Shown here: piece after piece, positions 27,909 through 37,998 of the stretch
Numbering within the stretch: position 1 is the stretch's first letter
Layout of the letters: the number at the start of each line of letters is the position of its first letter
Origin: an uncultured Gemmatimonadales bacterium
GTDB lineage: Bacteria; Gemmatimonadota; Gemmatimonadetes; Gemmatimonadales; Gemmatimonadaceae
NCBI GenBank assembly: GCA_963707505.1
Contig: CAVPQB010000006.1
Location: forward strand, 544,001-608,000
DNA length: 64,000 bases
Reading direction: 5' to 3'
Notes under the pieces: model-generated
The model's database searches: none
Seen by the model: the letters and a program-made list of their open reading frames with translations, nothing else
Told to the model about the DNA's origin: nothing
Translations under genes and position numbers: made by a program

Positions 27909-28564
27909 GCGCAGCCACCATTCGCGTAATTCTCGCCGACGATCACGCCGTCGTCCGTGCAGGACTCAGGGCGGTGCTCGGCGCTGCACCTGACATCGAT
28001 GTGATTGGCGAAGCCTCCAACGGAGCCGAAGCCGTGCAGCTCGCCGGTACTCTCGATCCTGACGTCGTGGTCATGGATCTGACGATGGATGGCATGGACG
28101 GTACCGCCGCAACGCGCGAGATCGTCGCGAAGCACCTGCGCGCGCGCGTGCTCGTGCTTACGATGCACGCCGAGGAAGACTATCTCATTCCCGTGCTCGA
28201 AGCGGGCGCGGCCGGCTATCTGATGAAGAATGCCGCCGATCGTGAACTGGTCGATGCCGTCCGCACCGTTGCACGCGGCGACATGTTCATACGCCCGAGC
28301 GCCGCCAAGATTCTCGCGCAGGGTATAACTAAGAAGGATCCACTGAACGCCGACCGCACTCGCTTCGAGCGCCTGACAGATCGCGAGCAGAACGTCCTGC
28401 GCCTGACGGCGCAGGGATATTCTGCACCGGAGATAGGTGAGCGGTTATTCATCAGTCCCAAGACAGTCGATACATACAAGCAACGCATAGGCGACAAGCT
28501 TGGGCTCACTCACCGCGCCGAATACATCGCGTTCGCGCTGAAATTGGGATTGTTGACGGAGTAG
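27905..28564 (+). CDS. NarL/NreC-type response regulator (REC plus LuxR HTH)
   Basis: ADDHAVVRAG, VMDLTM, LTDREQNVLRL.AQGYS..EI...L.ISPKTVDTYK. Confidence 0.95.
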   Translation: MSAATIRVILADDHAVVRAGLRAVLGAAPDIDVIGEASNGAEAVQLAGTLDPDVVVMDLTMDGMDGTAATREIVAKHLRARVLVLTMHAEEDYLIPVLEAGAAGYLMKNAADRELVDAVRTVARGDMFIRPSAAKILAQGITKKDPLNADRTRFERLTDREQNVLRLTAQGYSAPEIGERLFISPKTVDTYKQRIGDKLGLTHRAEYIAFALKLGLLTE

Positions 28565-28594
28565 CGACCGCACTCTCTCGCTCTGTCTCTCCCT

Positions 28595-31500
28595 CTACCG
28601 CTTCGCATCCAGCTGCGCCAACAGTGTTGCGACCGCGGCATCCAGCTGTGAGTCCTTACCAGAATAACTCTCGCCCATCGGACGCGTAACTTCCACGTCG
28701 ACCGGACGTGGATGCATCTCCATGTCCATTCCGTCGAGACTCGTAATTCGCGTCGATGGAAGTCGCTCAGTCGTGCCATCGATCAGCGTCGCCGCGGAGG
28801 TGAAGATGATCCAACCGCCAGTCGGCTCGCCAACCACCTTCCCGAGCTTGAGCGTGCGATAGCCCTGCGTAAAATCCTCGCCGTCACTCAGCGTGTGCTG
28901 ATTCGTCACGAGTATCGTCGGACGCTCAAGCGAGCGCTGGCCAAGCTGCGTGCGCGCCGACACCACGGGCCGGTCCCGACTCTCCATGTTAAGATACGGT
29001 TGCCGGGATAGTACATCCATCGCGTAGACATTGACGAACCCGCCATTGTTGTTCCGCACGTCTATCACGACTCCGTCGCGTTTCATGTTCTCCGCGTCGA
29101 GGTCGACGTACAACTGGTCCAGCGCGTTCTGCGACATGTCGTACATGTGTACGTAGCCAAGCCGGCCGTGACTCGCCTTCTCGACGTACGCTCGTCGTTG
29201 TTCCACCCACGCACGATACAGCAATCCCTTCTCCGTAGTCGTGTTCACCGGGAGCACCGCAACGTCGCGCGGGGCTCCGGACGCCGTAGCTGAAACGCCG
29301 AGCACTGTTCTCCGGCCTATCGTATAGGCGAGCAGCTGCTGAAGACTGGAGTGAGCGGAGAGCGGTGTGCCGTCCACGCTGCGCAGGTATTCGCCGACCT
29401 TTACGCCGGAAACCTCCGCCGGCGAAAGTGGAACCACCTGCGTGATGTGGAACACGCCATTTCGCTCGTACTCATCGCGATCGAAGTCGAGCCCAACTCG
29501 CCCTGCGTATGGAAGATGCGGAGCCTGTGCGCCGATTCCGGAATGGGACGAGTTCAGCTCGCCGACCATGAGCGACAGAATCCTGCGCATCTGCTCCGGT
29601 GTCTCCGCTCCCTCGATTCGCTGCGCGTATTCCGTACGCATCGCGTCCCAGTTTACACCGTTCATTTTGGGATTGAAGAAATTGTCGCGGAGATAACTCC
29701 ATGCTTCTGCGAAAACTTCCCGTTTCTCCTGCGAGAAGTCGACGTCCATCTCCGCCGACACTGCGAGTGGATGCGCCACGCGTGATTCGACCGTGATGGC
29801 GTTCATACGGCCGGATTCCAGGTAGAACACTTCCTTGCCGTCAGGTGACCATTGCGCGTCCGACTTGCGGCCCGGGCTCGACGTCAGTTGGCGAGCCACC
29901 GCGGGAGTCTTCGCGAGATCGTCCAGCGAATACGTGTACAGGTTTGTCTGACCCGCTGAGCCCGCCGTGAGCAACGCGGTTTTTCCATCGGGGCTCATCG
30001 ATACGTCGAAGACATCCACTTCCACTGGCAGTAGCGACAGACGATCGCGAATCTTCTCGAAGACGATATTCGTTGGCCTGAGCGGCGCCTTCGCACCATT
30101 GCGTCGCACGGGTTGCGAATCCGAGCTGGTGACACCGATCCTGCTCGTGTCGCTCGAATCCCGTGGCGTCGCTGGTTGCTGGCGCCGAGGCAGCGGCTGT
30201 ATTTGCGGAGTCGGAACGCGTGGGGATTCCTCGCGAAAGAGATCGTGGAACTGATCTTCGCGAAAGTGCGGCGTACGGGGAATGAGATCGATGCGCGCAA
30301 GCTGGCGCATCTCCGTTCTCTGTCCTGTCGAGAGCAGGATGTACGTGCCATCCCTGCTCCATGCGATCGCGTTGCTCGACGTATTCGCCAGAAAACTCAC
30401 TGGTTTGCTATCCCCGCCGGCAACACTCACGACCTGCACGTTGGAGAAATTTCTGGGACCTGCGTCCGGCGTGTATGCGATCCAGCGGCTGTCTGGCGAG
30501 AACGCCATATCGGATCTGCCCAGGAACGGCGGCCGATTCAACTCAGCGGTTGCGACCAGCCGATCGGTCATGCTCGGCATGTCGAGTACTCGCAGCTCGC
30601 GTGCATCACGCGTGTACGCGATGTGCGCGCCATCCGGTGACCATTCCGGGGATACGTCGCTTGAACCACCGTGCGTGAGCTGAGTTTCCCTGTTCGTGGT
30701 GAAGTCGTAACTGAAAAGATGTCTTGGACCGTCGCGATCGCTGGTGTACACGAGTCGCCTGCTGTCGGGAGCCCACTCCAGTTGATCTTCCGCAGCTGGC
30801 GTGTTGGTCACTCGAATCGCATCGCCTCCGTCCTTCGATGATGCGGCGAACATCTCGCCGTGCACGATGAACGCTACCTTTCTGCCATCCGGCGATAGCG
30901 CGAATCTCTGAATGCCGTTCGTAAATGTGCGATGCTCGGTGCCTGCAGCAGCAGGAGAACCGCGCAGCGTGATCGAAACCGCAGCGGCCTTGTGTGTGCC
31001 GACGTCGTAACGCCATATCCCAAAATTGCGCTCGAACACGATCGACTTTCCGTTGGCCGATATCGCGGGCCAGATCACGCGGCCGTCGGTGAACGTCGTC
31101 AGTTGCCGTGCAGTCGCATTCGCGGATGCGGATTGCTCCCACAGATTCGCGGTACCGCTCCGGTCCGACACGAAATAGATGGTCGCGCCGTCAGCACTCC
31201 ACATCGGCCAGCCACTCTTCGCGCCCATCGGAACGATGGGTGTGTAGGTCGGTGTCCCATGTACATCGCGAACGAGATCGATCTCGCTTTCATCCAGGTG
31301 GCTGTGACCCTTCCGCCACCACTGCCCACGAGAAACACCGCGCGCTGTGATCGCGAGTGCGCTGCCGTCAGGCGACGGCGCACCCCAGAATTCCGCTGCG
31401 TAGCGATCGCCTGCCACCGCCATCGGCGTGCCACCGTCGGAGTGCACGCGAAACTCGTCGCTCATTCCGGATATGTCGCTGCGGCCGGACGAGAAATACA

Positions 31501-31915
31501 GCCACGCGCCATCGTGCGACCACGCATCCAGCTGTTCTGCCTGATCATCGTATGTGATACGCTGCAGCTGCCCAGTCGCCAGCGTCAGCACGTATATGTC
31601 GCCGTTTCCCGTGCGCGTGGATACGAACGCGATGCGCGTACCATCCGGCGAATACAGCGGGCGCGATTCGTCCGCATCGTTCGACACCAGCAACCTCGCG
31701 TCGCCACCCTGCGCCGGCACCGTCCATATGTCGCCGGCCGAGACGAACGCAATCTCACTCCCATCCGGCGACAGACTCGGCTCCGCAAACGACGGGAGCG
31801 CAGTTGGAATGGGCGCAACGGGAGCGGTGGAACTGCGTTGCATCGGCATCTGTCCGCTCGGTAACGCAGCGATGGCGGCTGATGCGACGAGGATGACACG
31901 CGAGGGAAACAGCAT
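28595..31915 (-). CDS. Tricorn-like S41 peptidase (PD40 propellers, C1, PDZ, S41)
   Basis: SPDG repeats, GELNSSH, GYVHMYDM, IDVRNNNGG, TLSDGE, VGEPTGG. Confidence 0.93.
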   Translation of the reverse strand: MLFPSRVILVASAAIAALPSGQMPMQRSSTAPVAPIPTALPSFAEPSLSPDGSEIAFVSAGDIWTVPAQGGDARLLVSNDADESRPLYSPDGTRIAFVSTRTGNGDIYVLTLATGQLQRITYDDQAEQLDAWSHDGAWLYFSSGRSDISGMSDEFRVHSDGGTPMAVAGDRYAAEFWGAPSPDGSALAITARGVSRGQWWRKGHSHLDESEIDLVRDVHGTPTYTPIVPMGAKSGWPMWSADGATIYFVSDRSGTANLWEQSASANATARQLTTFTDGRVIWPAISANGKSIVFERNFGIWRYDVGTHKAAAVSITLRGSPAAAGTEHRTFTNGIQRFALSPDGRKVAFIVHGEMFAASSKDGGDAIRVTNTPAAEDQLEWAPDSRRLVYTSDRDGPRHLFSYDFTTNRETQLTHGGSSDVSPEWSPDGAHIAYTRDARELRVLDMPSMTDRLVATAELNRPPFLGRSDMAFSPDSRWIAYTPDAGPRNFSNVQVVSVAGGDSKPVSFLANTSSNAIAWSRDGTYILLSTGQRTEMRQLARIDLIPRTPHFREDQFHDLFREESPRVPTPQIQPLPRRQQPATPRDSSDTSRIGVTSSDSQPVRRNGAKAPLRPTNIVFEKIRDRLSLLPVEVDVFDVSMSPDGKTALLTAGSAGQTNLYTYSLDDLAKTPAVARQLTSSPGRKSDAQWSPDGKEVFYLESGRMNAITVESRVAHPLAVSAEMDVDFSQEKREVFAEAWSYLRDNFFNPKMNGVNWDAMRTEYAQRIEGAETPEQMRRILSLMVGELNSSHSGIGAQAPHLPYAGRVGLDFDRDEYERNGVFHITQVVPLSPAEVSGVKVGEYLRSVDGTPLSAHSSLQQLLAYTIGRRTVLGVSATASGAPRDVAVLPVNTTTEKGLLYRAWVEQRRAYVEKASHGRLGYVHMYDMSQNALDQLYVDLDAENMKRDGVVIDVRNNNGGFVNVYAMDVLSRQPYLNMESRDRPVVSARTQLGQRSLERPTILVTNQHTLSDGEDFTQGYRTLKLGKVVGEPTGGWIIFTSAATLIDGTTERLPSTRITSLDGMDMEMHPRPVDVEVTRPMGESYSGKDSQLDAAVATLLAQLDAKR

Positions 31916-31998
31916 GGCGGGTTTGATTACCGAGTAAAAAAACGAAATGCCATCCGATCACCGAACGGGATCTTGGTACCGACTCCGTTGAACGGTAT

Positions 31999-32052
31999 CC
32001 GTGGCTGGATAGTCTTATGTACGCTATAGTACATAAGACTATCCAGCCACGG
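31999..32052. repeat. Perfect 24-bp inverted repeat with 6-nt loop
   Basis: CCGTGGCTGGATAGTCTTATGTAC-GCTATA-GTACATAAGACTATCCAGCCACGG. Confidence 0.95.
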
Positions 32053-32184
32053 TAAATAGAATGCACAAGCGAGCGCCTGGGGCAGGATAATTTGACGAAT
32101 TCTGAGCGAGCTTGTGAGGTGATAGCGGTGCGTGCTGGTTGAGCAGGGTCCATGTCTGGCACACTACTTACAGCTTACCCGGGC

Positions 32185-32874
32185 GTGAACAGCCGACTTC
32201 GACATGCAACGGTGACCATTGTTGCGTTGCTTTCCTTCACCGCTTGCCACGGCCACTCGCCCGACTCCGGTGGTGACGTCGCGCTCGCGCGTGACCTCGC
32301 CGAGGCTCAGCTGGCCGGCTCGTCTGCGAGCGCGGGCGGCCGCGTCGCGTCGGACTCGGGAGATGGCGCCAGCAACTCGGACGCAGGCGATCCGCCAGCC
32401 GTTGCAGCTCCCCGTACAGGCGCGGTTACAGCGTCGGTTGCGGCCCGTGGTGCCGTCGGAAACGCCGTGACACATGCTGCATCGTCGCGCAAAGCTCCAG
32501 ATCGCGCACGCAAACCAGCGAAACGACCACCAGCCGATCCTTGCGCATCATCCGAGTCGCAGGATCAGAACAGCTGCCTCTCGCTAAGCGCTCATCGCTC
32601 CACTGCGCGACTCGACTCGATCTATCGGCTGATTGTGAAAGCAGTGCGCAAGCAGCAGCGTGTTCCTGCTGGTGCGGCAGATCCCCCGTATGCCGCCACG
32701 CTCGGTCAGGCAGAGAAGACGTGGATGGCGTGGCGCGACTCGGAATGTGAGCGAGTCACCCGCGGCAAGGGCGGTGATCAGTGGGCCGTGCCGCGCGCCA
32801 GGTGTCTTGCGACTCTGACTGATGAGCGCGCGGCCGAGTTGGCTCAGATACTGGGGAAGGCACGGAAGCACTGA
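32185..32874 (+). CDS. Lipoprotein with C-terminal LprI/DUF1311-like domain (start uncertain)
   Basis: Lipobox FTAC; C..SQDQNSC...LDSIY...AEKTWMAWRDSEC...RCL..LT.ERA.EL. Confidence 0.78.
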   Translation: MNSRLRHATVTIVALLSFTACHGHSPDSGGDVALARDLAEAQLAGSSASAGGRVASDSGDGASNSDAGDPPAVAAPRTGAVTASVAARGAVGNAVTHAASSRKAPDRARKPAKRPPADPCASSESQDQNSCLSLSAHRSTARLDSIYRLIVKAVRKQQRVPAGAADPPYAATLGQAEKTWMAWRDSECERVTRGKGGDQWAVPRARCLATLTDERAAELAQILGKARKH

Positions 32875-32889
32875 TGCAACGTGCTCACC

Positions 32890-33475
32890 CTACTTTGTCC
32901 CGTCCTTGACAGCTTGCGCCACGGCTGCGGCCAGCTGATTTCCGATACCAGCGTTGACGGTGCACGGTGCCGGGTCACCGGACGTGCCGCCGGCTTTTGC
33001 TGACGCACTCGCAACGCTCGCGACTGCGCTACCCTTGTCCGTTCCGCGCAGTGCGGTCGTCACCTGTATCGTCACGTCGTATCGCGAGGCGTTCGGAATC
33101 CCGGCAATATCGCCGCACTCGATCAGTGACGTGAGCGGCTTGCCACCGAAGTCGCTGTGCGAGCGATCACGCTCTCCAGCGATGACGTGCGTCGTGGAAT
33201 CGTACTTAGTGATTCGCAAACCCAGCTTGCTGTACGCGATTGGTAGATATTGCCATGTACTTGTGGCTGGTGCCTCGATATCATGCCACGCAAGCGGGGT
33301 CGGAGAGTTCGGAATGAAATCGACGCTCGTTCCGCCCATCTGAACCTGTTTGACGTCGGTCGTCTGCCCAAGGTTGCTCGATGTGCCAGCGCCGCCACTT
33401 GCGCAGGCTACACAGGCTAGCACAGGCTACACACGCTGCCAGGGTGAGCGCACCCATTGTCGCAGACGATTTCAT
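32890..33475 (-). CDS. Hypothetical lipoprotein, frameshifted in a signal-peptide tandem repeat
   Basis: GGAGG RBS plus MKSSATMGALTLAACVAC; body continues in another frame after a TGTGTAGCC repeat carrying a 1-nt insertion. Confidence 0.6.
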
Positions 33476-33655
33476 GCTTACCTCCGATAGGCGATTTTCT
33501 CGAGGGCGGCTGCACGCGCGGCCGCTCATCCCAGAGAAGCTATAGCGCACAGGCTAGCGGCGACAGTTGTTCCTGGCGGATACCTTTACAGGCGGGTACC
33601 AGACGGTGCCCCTGAGAATTGCCAACATCCGCCATGGACAAACCGTAAGCTTGCT

Positions 33656-34597
33656 ATGTTGACCCCATATGCTCTTCTGCAGGCCGCCGAGACTCATATA
33701 ACGGCCTCGGATCTCGCCACTGAATACGCCGGCTTTCTGGCGTACTTCGGCATATTCGGAGCCCTCGGCTTCCGATGGCTCGTGCTGCATCGAACCAAGG
33801 CACGCCAGCCGGAGATCGGCGCAACCGGGGGTCCCGTTGCGCTGTCGCTGCAGTCGGCGGAGATCGGCGCGGCGCGCATCGGGATGATCGGTGCGTTTTT
33901 CATGTTGCTCAATCTGTTGATGGCCCTTTCGGCCCGAGCCTCCGACAAGGGAATATCCTTCGGGAGCGCAATTGCGGCCGGCGGCGGACGGACGGTCGCT
34001 GCCTTCCTGTTCTTTGTTGTATTTCTCCTGTCGTTCGCAGCTGCGATCAAGCGTGTGCGTGCAGCGTGGATCATTGCAGCGCTAGCCGGCATCATATACG
34101 CGTTGCAGAACATCAGGTCGGGCAAGTGGACGTCACTCGTCAATCCGCTGCACGAAGTGGCGGCATCGCTGTGGATCGGCACACTGTTCGTGGTAGTGGT
34201 TGCGGGACTCCCCGCGATTCTTCGCAGCACGCTCTCGTCCGAGCGGCGCGGCGCGCTGGTCGCGGATCTCATCGGCGACTTCTCGCCAGTCGCGATCGGT
34301 GCCTCGTTGCTGCTTGTGATCACAGGTGTCACCACAGCGTGGCGCCATCTCAAATTCGTAGCCGCGTTGTGGACCACACCGTACGGCTACGCGCTCGACG
34401 TCAAGCTCGTGCTGGTTGCAACGGTCGTCGCGCTCGGTGCGTGGAACTGGCGACGCATGCGTCCGCGTCTCGGTGCGGAAGACGCCGCGCATGAGATACG
34501 ACGCAGCGCAAAGGCGGAATTGTTCTTTGCGTCGCTCGTGCTGGTCGTGACGGGCATACTCGTAAGTCTGCCGGCACCACGTCTTCCGCACCCGTAG
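33656..34597 (+). CDS. copD: CopD-family copper resistance membrane protein
   Basis: LHEVAASLWIG.L, FS..A, ITG, LWTTPYG..L.VK...GAWN. Confidence 0.85.
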   Translation: MLTPYALLQAAETHITASDLATEYAGFLAYFGIFGALGFRWLVLHRTKARQPEIGATGGPVALSLQSAEIGAARIGMIGAFFMLLNLLMALSARASDKGISFGSAIAAGGGRTVAAFLFFVVFLLSFAAAIKRVRAAWIIAALAGIIYALQNIRSGKWTSLVNPLHEVAASLWIGTLFVVVVAGLPAILRSTLSSERRGALVADLIGDFSPVAIGASLLLVITGVTTAWRHLKFVAALWTTPYGYALDVKLVLVATVVALGAWNWRRMRPRLGAEDAAHEIRRSAKAELFFASLVLVVTGILVSLPAPRLPHP

Positions 34598-34614
34598 CTA
34601 CAGTTCGGCATAAC

Positions 34615-35958
34615 TCACGACGAAATCGTTTCGCTCGGCGCTGCAGGCTTTTGGCTCAGCGGTGACGTGAGTATACCGCGCCTCTCGTAGATCGGGTGCA
34701 TCACCGCGCGCAGCTTGGGGAGGCGCGACGCGAACCATATTCCGGCCGCGACCGAGGCTGCGCCGCCGAACAGGATCGTGTACTCAGATCCGATCCGCGC
34801 GGCGACCGCTCCGGCCAGGAGACTGCCGATCGGCGCCGTGCCCAGGAATGCCATGACGTAGAACGCCATGACGCGCCCGCGTAGACGCTCCTCGACGATC
34901 GTCTGGATGATGGTGTTGATCGATGCCATCTGCACCATGAACCCTGCTCCCACGATCGGCAGTATCGCGAGCGACAGCCACAGTTGACGCGATAGCGCGA
35001 ACCCGATGAGTCCGAGTCCGAACGTGACGGTTGCCATGGCGCTCACGTCCTCGAGTCCTATTACCGACAGTCTCGATGCGAGATACAGCGCGCCGATGAG
35101 CGCGCCAACACCGGACGCGGTCATGAGGAAGCCCAGCGTGTGCGCGCCGCCATGCAGGGTTTGCGTTGCGATTGCTGGCATGAGCACGGTGTACGGCATG
35201 CTCATCGTGCTCACGATCGCGAGCAGTATCAGCGCGGTGCGGATTGGCAGCGAGCCCCTGATGTATTGCAGTCCTGTACGAAACTCCTCCGTCACGCGCG
35301 TGGTTATCGGCTCACGCTCCGCGCGCGTGACGTGCATCGCCAGCAGTGAAGCGATCACCGCGATGTAGGAGATCGCATCGAGCATGAAGCACCAGCCCTC
35401 GCCAGCCAGCGCGATGATCATTCCACCGATCGACGGCCCCACGATGCGACTTGCGTTCACCATCGTCGAATTGAGCGCGATCGCGTTCGATAGATAGTTT
35501 CTGTCTTCCACCATCTCGACGACGAACGCCTGGCGCGCGGGAGTGTCGAACGCGTTGATGCTTCCCTGTACCAGCTGAAGAATCAGGATCTCGGTGACCG
35601 TGATCACTCCGGCGAATGCAAGCACAGCGAGCGCGAGTGATTGCAGCATCGACAGAACCTGCGTCACTACCAGCACCGTATGACGGTTCCATCTGTCGAT
35701 CAGCACACCGCTGAACGGCGTGAGAATCAGCGTCGGTATCTGACTGCAGAAGCCAACGACGCCGAGCAGGAATGCGGAGCCGGTGAGACGATATACCAGC
35801 CAGCTCGTCGCGATTCGTGTTATCCATGTTCCGACGAGCGACACGCTCTGGCCGCCGAAGAACAGGCGGTAATTGCGGCTGCTGAGTGCGCGGCCGATGC
35901 TGGGTCGGCGGGAAGTCGGTGTTGGTGCGGGGATGGGTGCGGGGATGGGTGCGGTCAT
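34615..35958 (-). CDS. MFS transporter
   Basis: NYRLFFGGQ.VSL.GTW, G.LIDRWNR, FDTPARQAF, LRGRVM; 12 TM. Confidence 0.92.
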   Translation of the reverse strand: MTAPIPAPIPAPTPTSRRPSIGRALSSRNYRLFFGGQSVSLVGTWITRIATSWLVYRLTGSAFLLGVVGFCSQIPTLILTPFSGVLIDRWNRHTVLVVTQVLSMLQSLALAVLAFAGVITVTEILILQLVQGSINAFDTPARQAFVVEMVEDRNYLSNAIALNSTMVNASRIVGPSIGGMIIALAGEGWCFMLDAISYIAVIASLLAMHVTRAEREPITTRVTEEFRTGLQYIRGSLPIRTALILLAIVSTMSMPYTVLMPAIATQTLHGGAHTLGFLMTASGVGALIGALYLASRLSVIGLEDVSAMATVTFGLGLIGFALSRQLWLSLAILPIVGAGFMVQMASINTIIQTIVEERLRGRVMAFYVMAFLGTAPIGSLLAGAVAARIGSEYTILFGGAASVAAGIWFASRLPKLRAVMHPIYERRGILTSPLSQKPAAPSETISS

Positions 35959-36035
35959 CTTTTCATGCCGCAGGTCGGTAATTCAAGGAGCACGCCGCGC
36001 CGGCTTTCCGCAGCCTGTGTCAGATGTGACCCGAA

Positions 36036-36392
36036 TCAGTGTTCGTCGGCGCCGGCAGGTACGTTGGCTGCCATGTCGGCCGGCTGGATCCATTCATTGG
36101 CCCAGTTGCCGATCGCGACGATCGCCGTTTCGAGTGCGCGGCCCTTATCCGTCAGCTCGTATTCGATGCGCACCGGCGTTGTGGGGAACACGTTCCGTTT
36201 CACCACACCCTCCGTTTCGAGTTCCCGTAATCGTTCGGCGAGCATGCGATCGCTGATGTCGGGGACGTTCTCCCGGATTTCGTGATATCTGGCCTTGCCG
36301 GCGAGCATCGCGCTGATGATCGCGCCCGTCCAGCGGCGACCAATCAGCTCGACCGCCTTGTGATACCTGGGGCAAACCGATTCCTGGCTCAT
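36036..36392 (-). CDS. HxlR-family winged-helix regulator
   Basis: CP...AVELIGRRW, ISDRML.ERLRELE..G.V.R..FP..P.RIEYELTDKG. Confidence 0.93.
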   Translation of the reverse strand: MSQESVCPRYHKAVELIGRRWTGAIISAMLAGKARYHEIRENVPDISDRMLAERLRELETEGVVKRNVFPTTPVRIEYELTDKGRALETAIVAIGNWANEWIQPADMAANVPAGADEH

Positions 36393-36420
36393 ATACTGTA
36401 TGTAAGGATGGATACGGGCA

Positions 36421-36461
36421 TTGACAATAGTTACTTATCTAAATATAGTGACTTATCTAGA
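36421..36461 (+). promoter_or_regulatory. Sigma70 promoter of yceI overlapped by a repeated operator-like sequence
   Basis: TTGACA 36421-36426, 17 nt, TATAGT 36444-36449; repeats TAGTTACTTATCTA / TAGTGACTTATCTA 18 bp apart. Confidence 0.75.
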
Positions 36462-36517
36462 GTTACCTACCTGACTCTATGACCGGACTGTTCTAACCCC
36501 CTTGTCGGAGACTTTTG

Positions 36518-37093
36518 ATGTTTGCAACTACAAAAGATGACGCCGGATCTACTGCGGCCAAGCTGGCCGGTACGTGGAAGATCGATCCTGCGCATTCGGG
36601 AGTCGAGTTCGTCGTCACTCACCTCATGATATCGAAGGTCCGGGGTCGGTTTTCGGACATTTCCGGGTCTGTCGTGACCGACGGCACGCCGGAGGGATCG
36701 CGGATCGAGGCGGAGATCGGCACGGCCAGCATCACGACCAATGATGCGGGGCGAGACACGCATCTTCGGTCGGGGGACTTCTTTGATGTGGAGAAATTTC
36801 CGAAGATCCGGTTCGTAAGCACCGCCGTGAAGCCGACCGGGGACAACGAGTTCGTGGTAACGGGGGATCTGACGATCCGCGGCGTTACGCGCCAGGTCGA
36901 GATGAAGGTTACCAGCGAGGGGTCCACGAAGGACCCGTGGGGTAACGACAGGGCCGGATTCAGCGGGTCGCTCAAGATAGACAGGCGCGACTTTGGCCTC
37001 ATCTGGAATCAGGCGCTGGAGGCTGGCGGGGTCATGGTATCGAACGACGTGAGGCTGACGATAGACGTCGAGCTCACGCATGCGCCGCAATAG
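36518..37093 (+). CDS. YceI-family protein
   Basis: WKIDPAHS.V.F.V.H.MISKVRGRF, RD.HLRS.DFFD, GDLTIRG.T, DPWG. Confidence 0.95.
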   Translation: MFATTKDDAGSTAAKLAGTWKIDPAHSGVEFVVTHLMISKVRGRFSDISGSVVTDGTPEGSRIEAEIGTASITTNDAGRDTHLRSGDFFDVEKFPKIRFVSTAVKPTGDNEFVVTGDLTIRGVTRQVEMKVTSEGSTKDPWGNDRAGFSGSLKIDRRDFGLIWNQALEAGGVMVSNDVRLTIDVELTHAPQ

Positions 37094-37175
37094 AGTCGCT
37101 ATGTAGCACGGATTTTGCCCCCTTTCTGGTTCGCGAGGCCAATACGGCAGACAGCGAACCAGAGAGGTGGTAATC

Positions 37176-37799
37176 ATGGTACGTGGGACCAGAAGCAGCG
37201 CATTTGCGGTCGCGCTCTGCGCGGTGACGATGCTCGGAGCCTGCAAGAAGGGGAATGAGGCGACCGATACGACCATGGCCGGCGCCGGCACCACAGACAC
37301 GTCGATGGCTGCCGGCACGGGATCGAGCACGTCGATGAAAGCGCCAGCCGCGACCATGACGGACGCGCAGATCTTCGCGATGTTGGCGGCAGCCAACCGG
37401 GGCGAGATCGACGCCGGCAAGATGGCGTCGACCAAGGCGACCAATGCATCGGTCAGGTCGTTCGCGCGCGATATGGTGACGGCGCATACCAAGATGCTGA
37501 ACGATGGCAACGCGCTGGCCAAGAAACTCAACATCACGCCTGACACGACGGCGGCCGATTCCATCAACGCGATGAATCAGTCCACTGCGGCGACGCTGTC
37601 GTCAACGGCGAAGGGTGCGGCGTTCGATTCGGCGTACGTGAACGCGCAGGTAGCGGGGCACGAGTACGTGCTCGACATGATCAAGCGCGCGGAAGGGCAG
37701 GCGCAGAACGCGGACCTCAAATCAGCTCTGACGTCGGCGGAGCCCCAGGTTCAGCAGCACCTGGACCGAATCAAGGACATTCAGAGCAAGCTGAAATAG
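37176..37799 (+). CDS. DUF4142-domain lipoprotein
   Basis: Lipobox LGAC; N.GEI.AG..A..KA.N..V..FA..MV..H, FD.AY...QV.GH. Confidence 0.88.
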   Translation: MVRGTRSSAFAVALCAVTMLGACKKGNEATDTTMAGAGTTDTSMAAGTGSSTSMKAPAATMTDAQIFAMLAAANRGEIDAGKMASTKATNASVRSFARDMVTAHTKMLNDGNALAKKLNITPDTTAADSINAMNQSTAATLSSTAKGAAFDSAYVNAQVAGHEYVLDMIKRAEGQAQNADLKSALTSAEPQVQQHLDRIKDIQSKLK

Positions 37800-37839
37800 C
37801 ACCTCGCGGGCGCGACATCGATCGCGTATTTCTGGACGG

Positions 37840-37871
37840 AGTGGAGCGTCGCTCGAGAGCGACGCTCCACT
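37840..37871. terminator. Stem-loop after the DUF4142 gene
   Basis: AGTGGAGCGTCGCTC-GA-GAGCGACGCTCCACT; no U-tract. Confidence 0.5.
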
Positions 37872-37998
37872 ATCTGGTCGCCGCGATGCGGGCGACGCAG
37901 ACGACGGAGTTGCAGTATCTGATCCAGCGAACGGCGCCGGTGTTTCTGAACGACATGGACCGCGCACAGGTGCTCAGGGGAAAACTCTGAGAGTTTAG

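Noticed and set aside
31998..32025. TTATGTAC (and TTATGTCAA near 63602) as the XerD arm of a dif site
   Set aside because: No XerC-like arm at the required 6-bp spacing in either case
35923..35954. GGTGCGGGGATG repeat at the MFS 5' end
   Set aside because: In-frame low-complexity (APIP) duplication with no evident consequence
15177..37567. Long antisense or alternate-frame ORFs (e.g. 15177-16403, 21899-23146, 25448-26560, 36467-37567)
   Set aside because: Shadow ORFs expected in GC-rich DNA opposite well-supported genes; no motifs
37872..37990. Short open frame (YLVAAMRATQ...GKL*) before the transposon as a gene remnant
   Set aside because: No recognisable family or clear start
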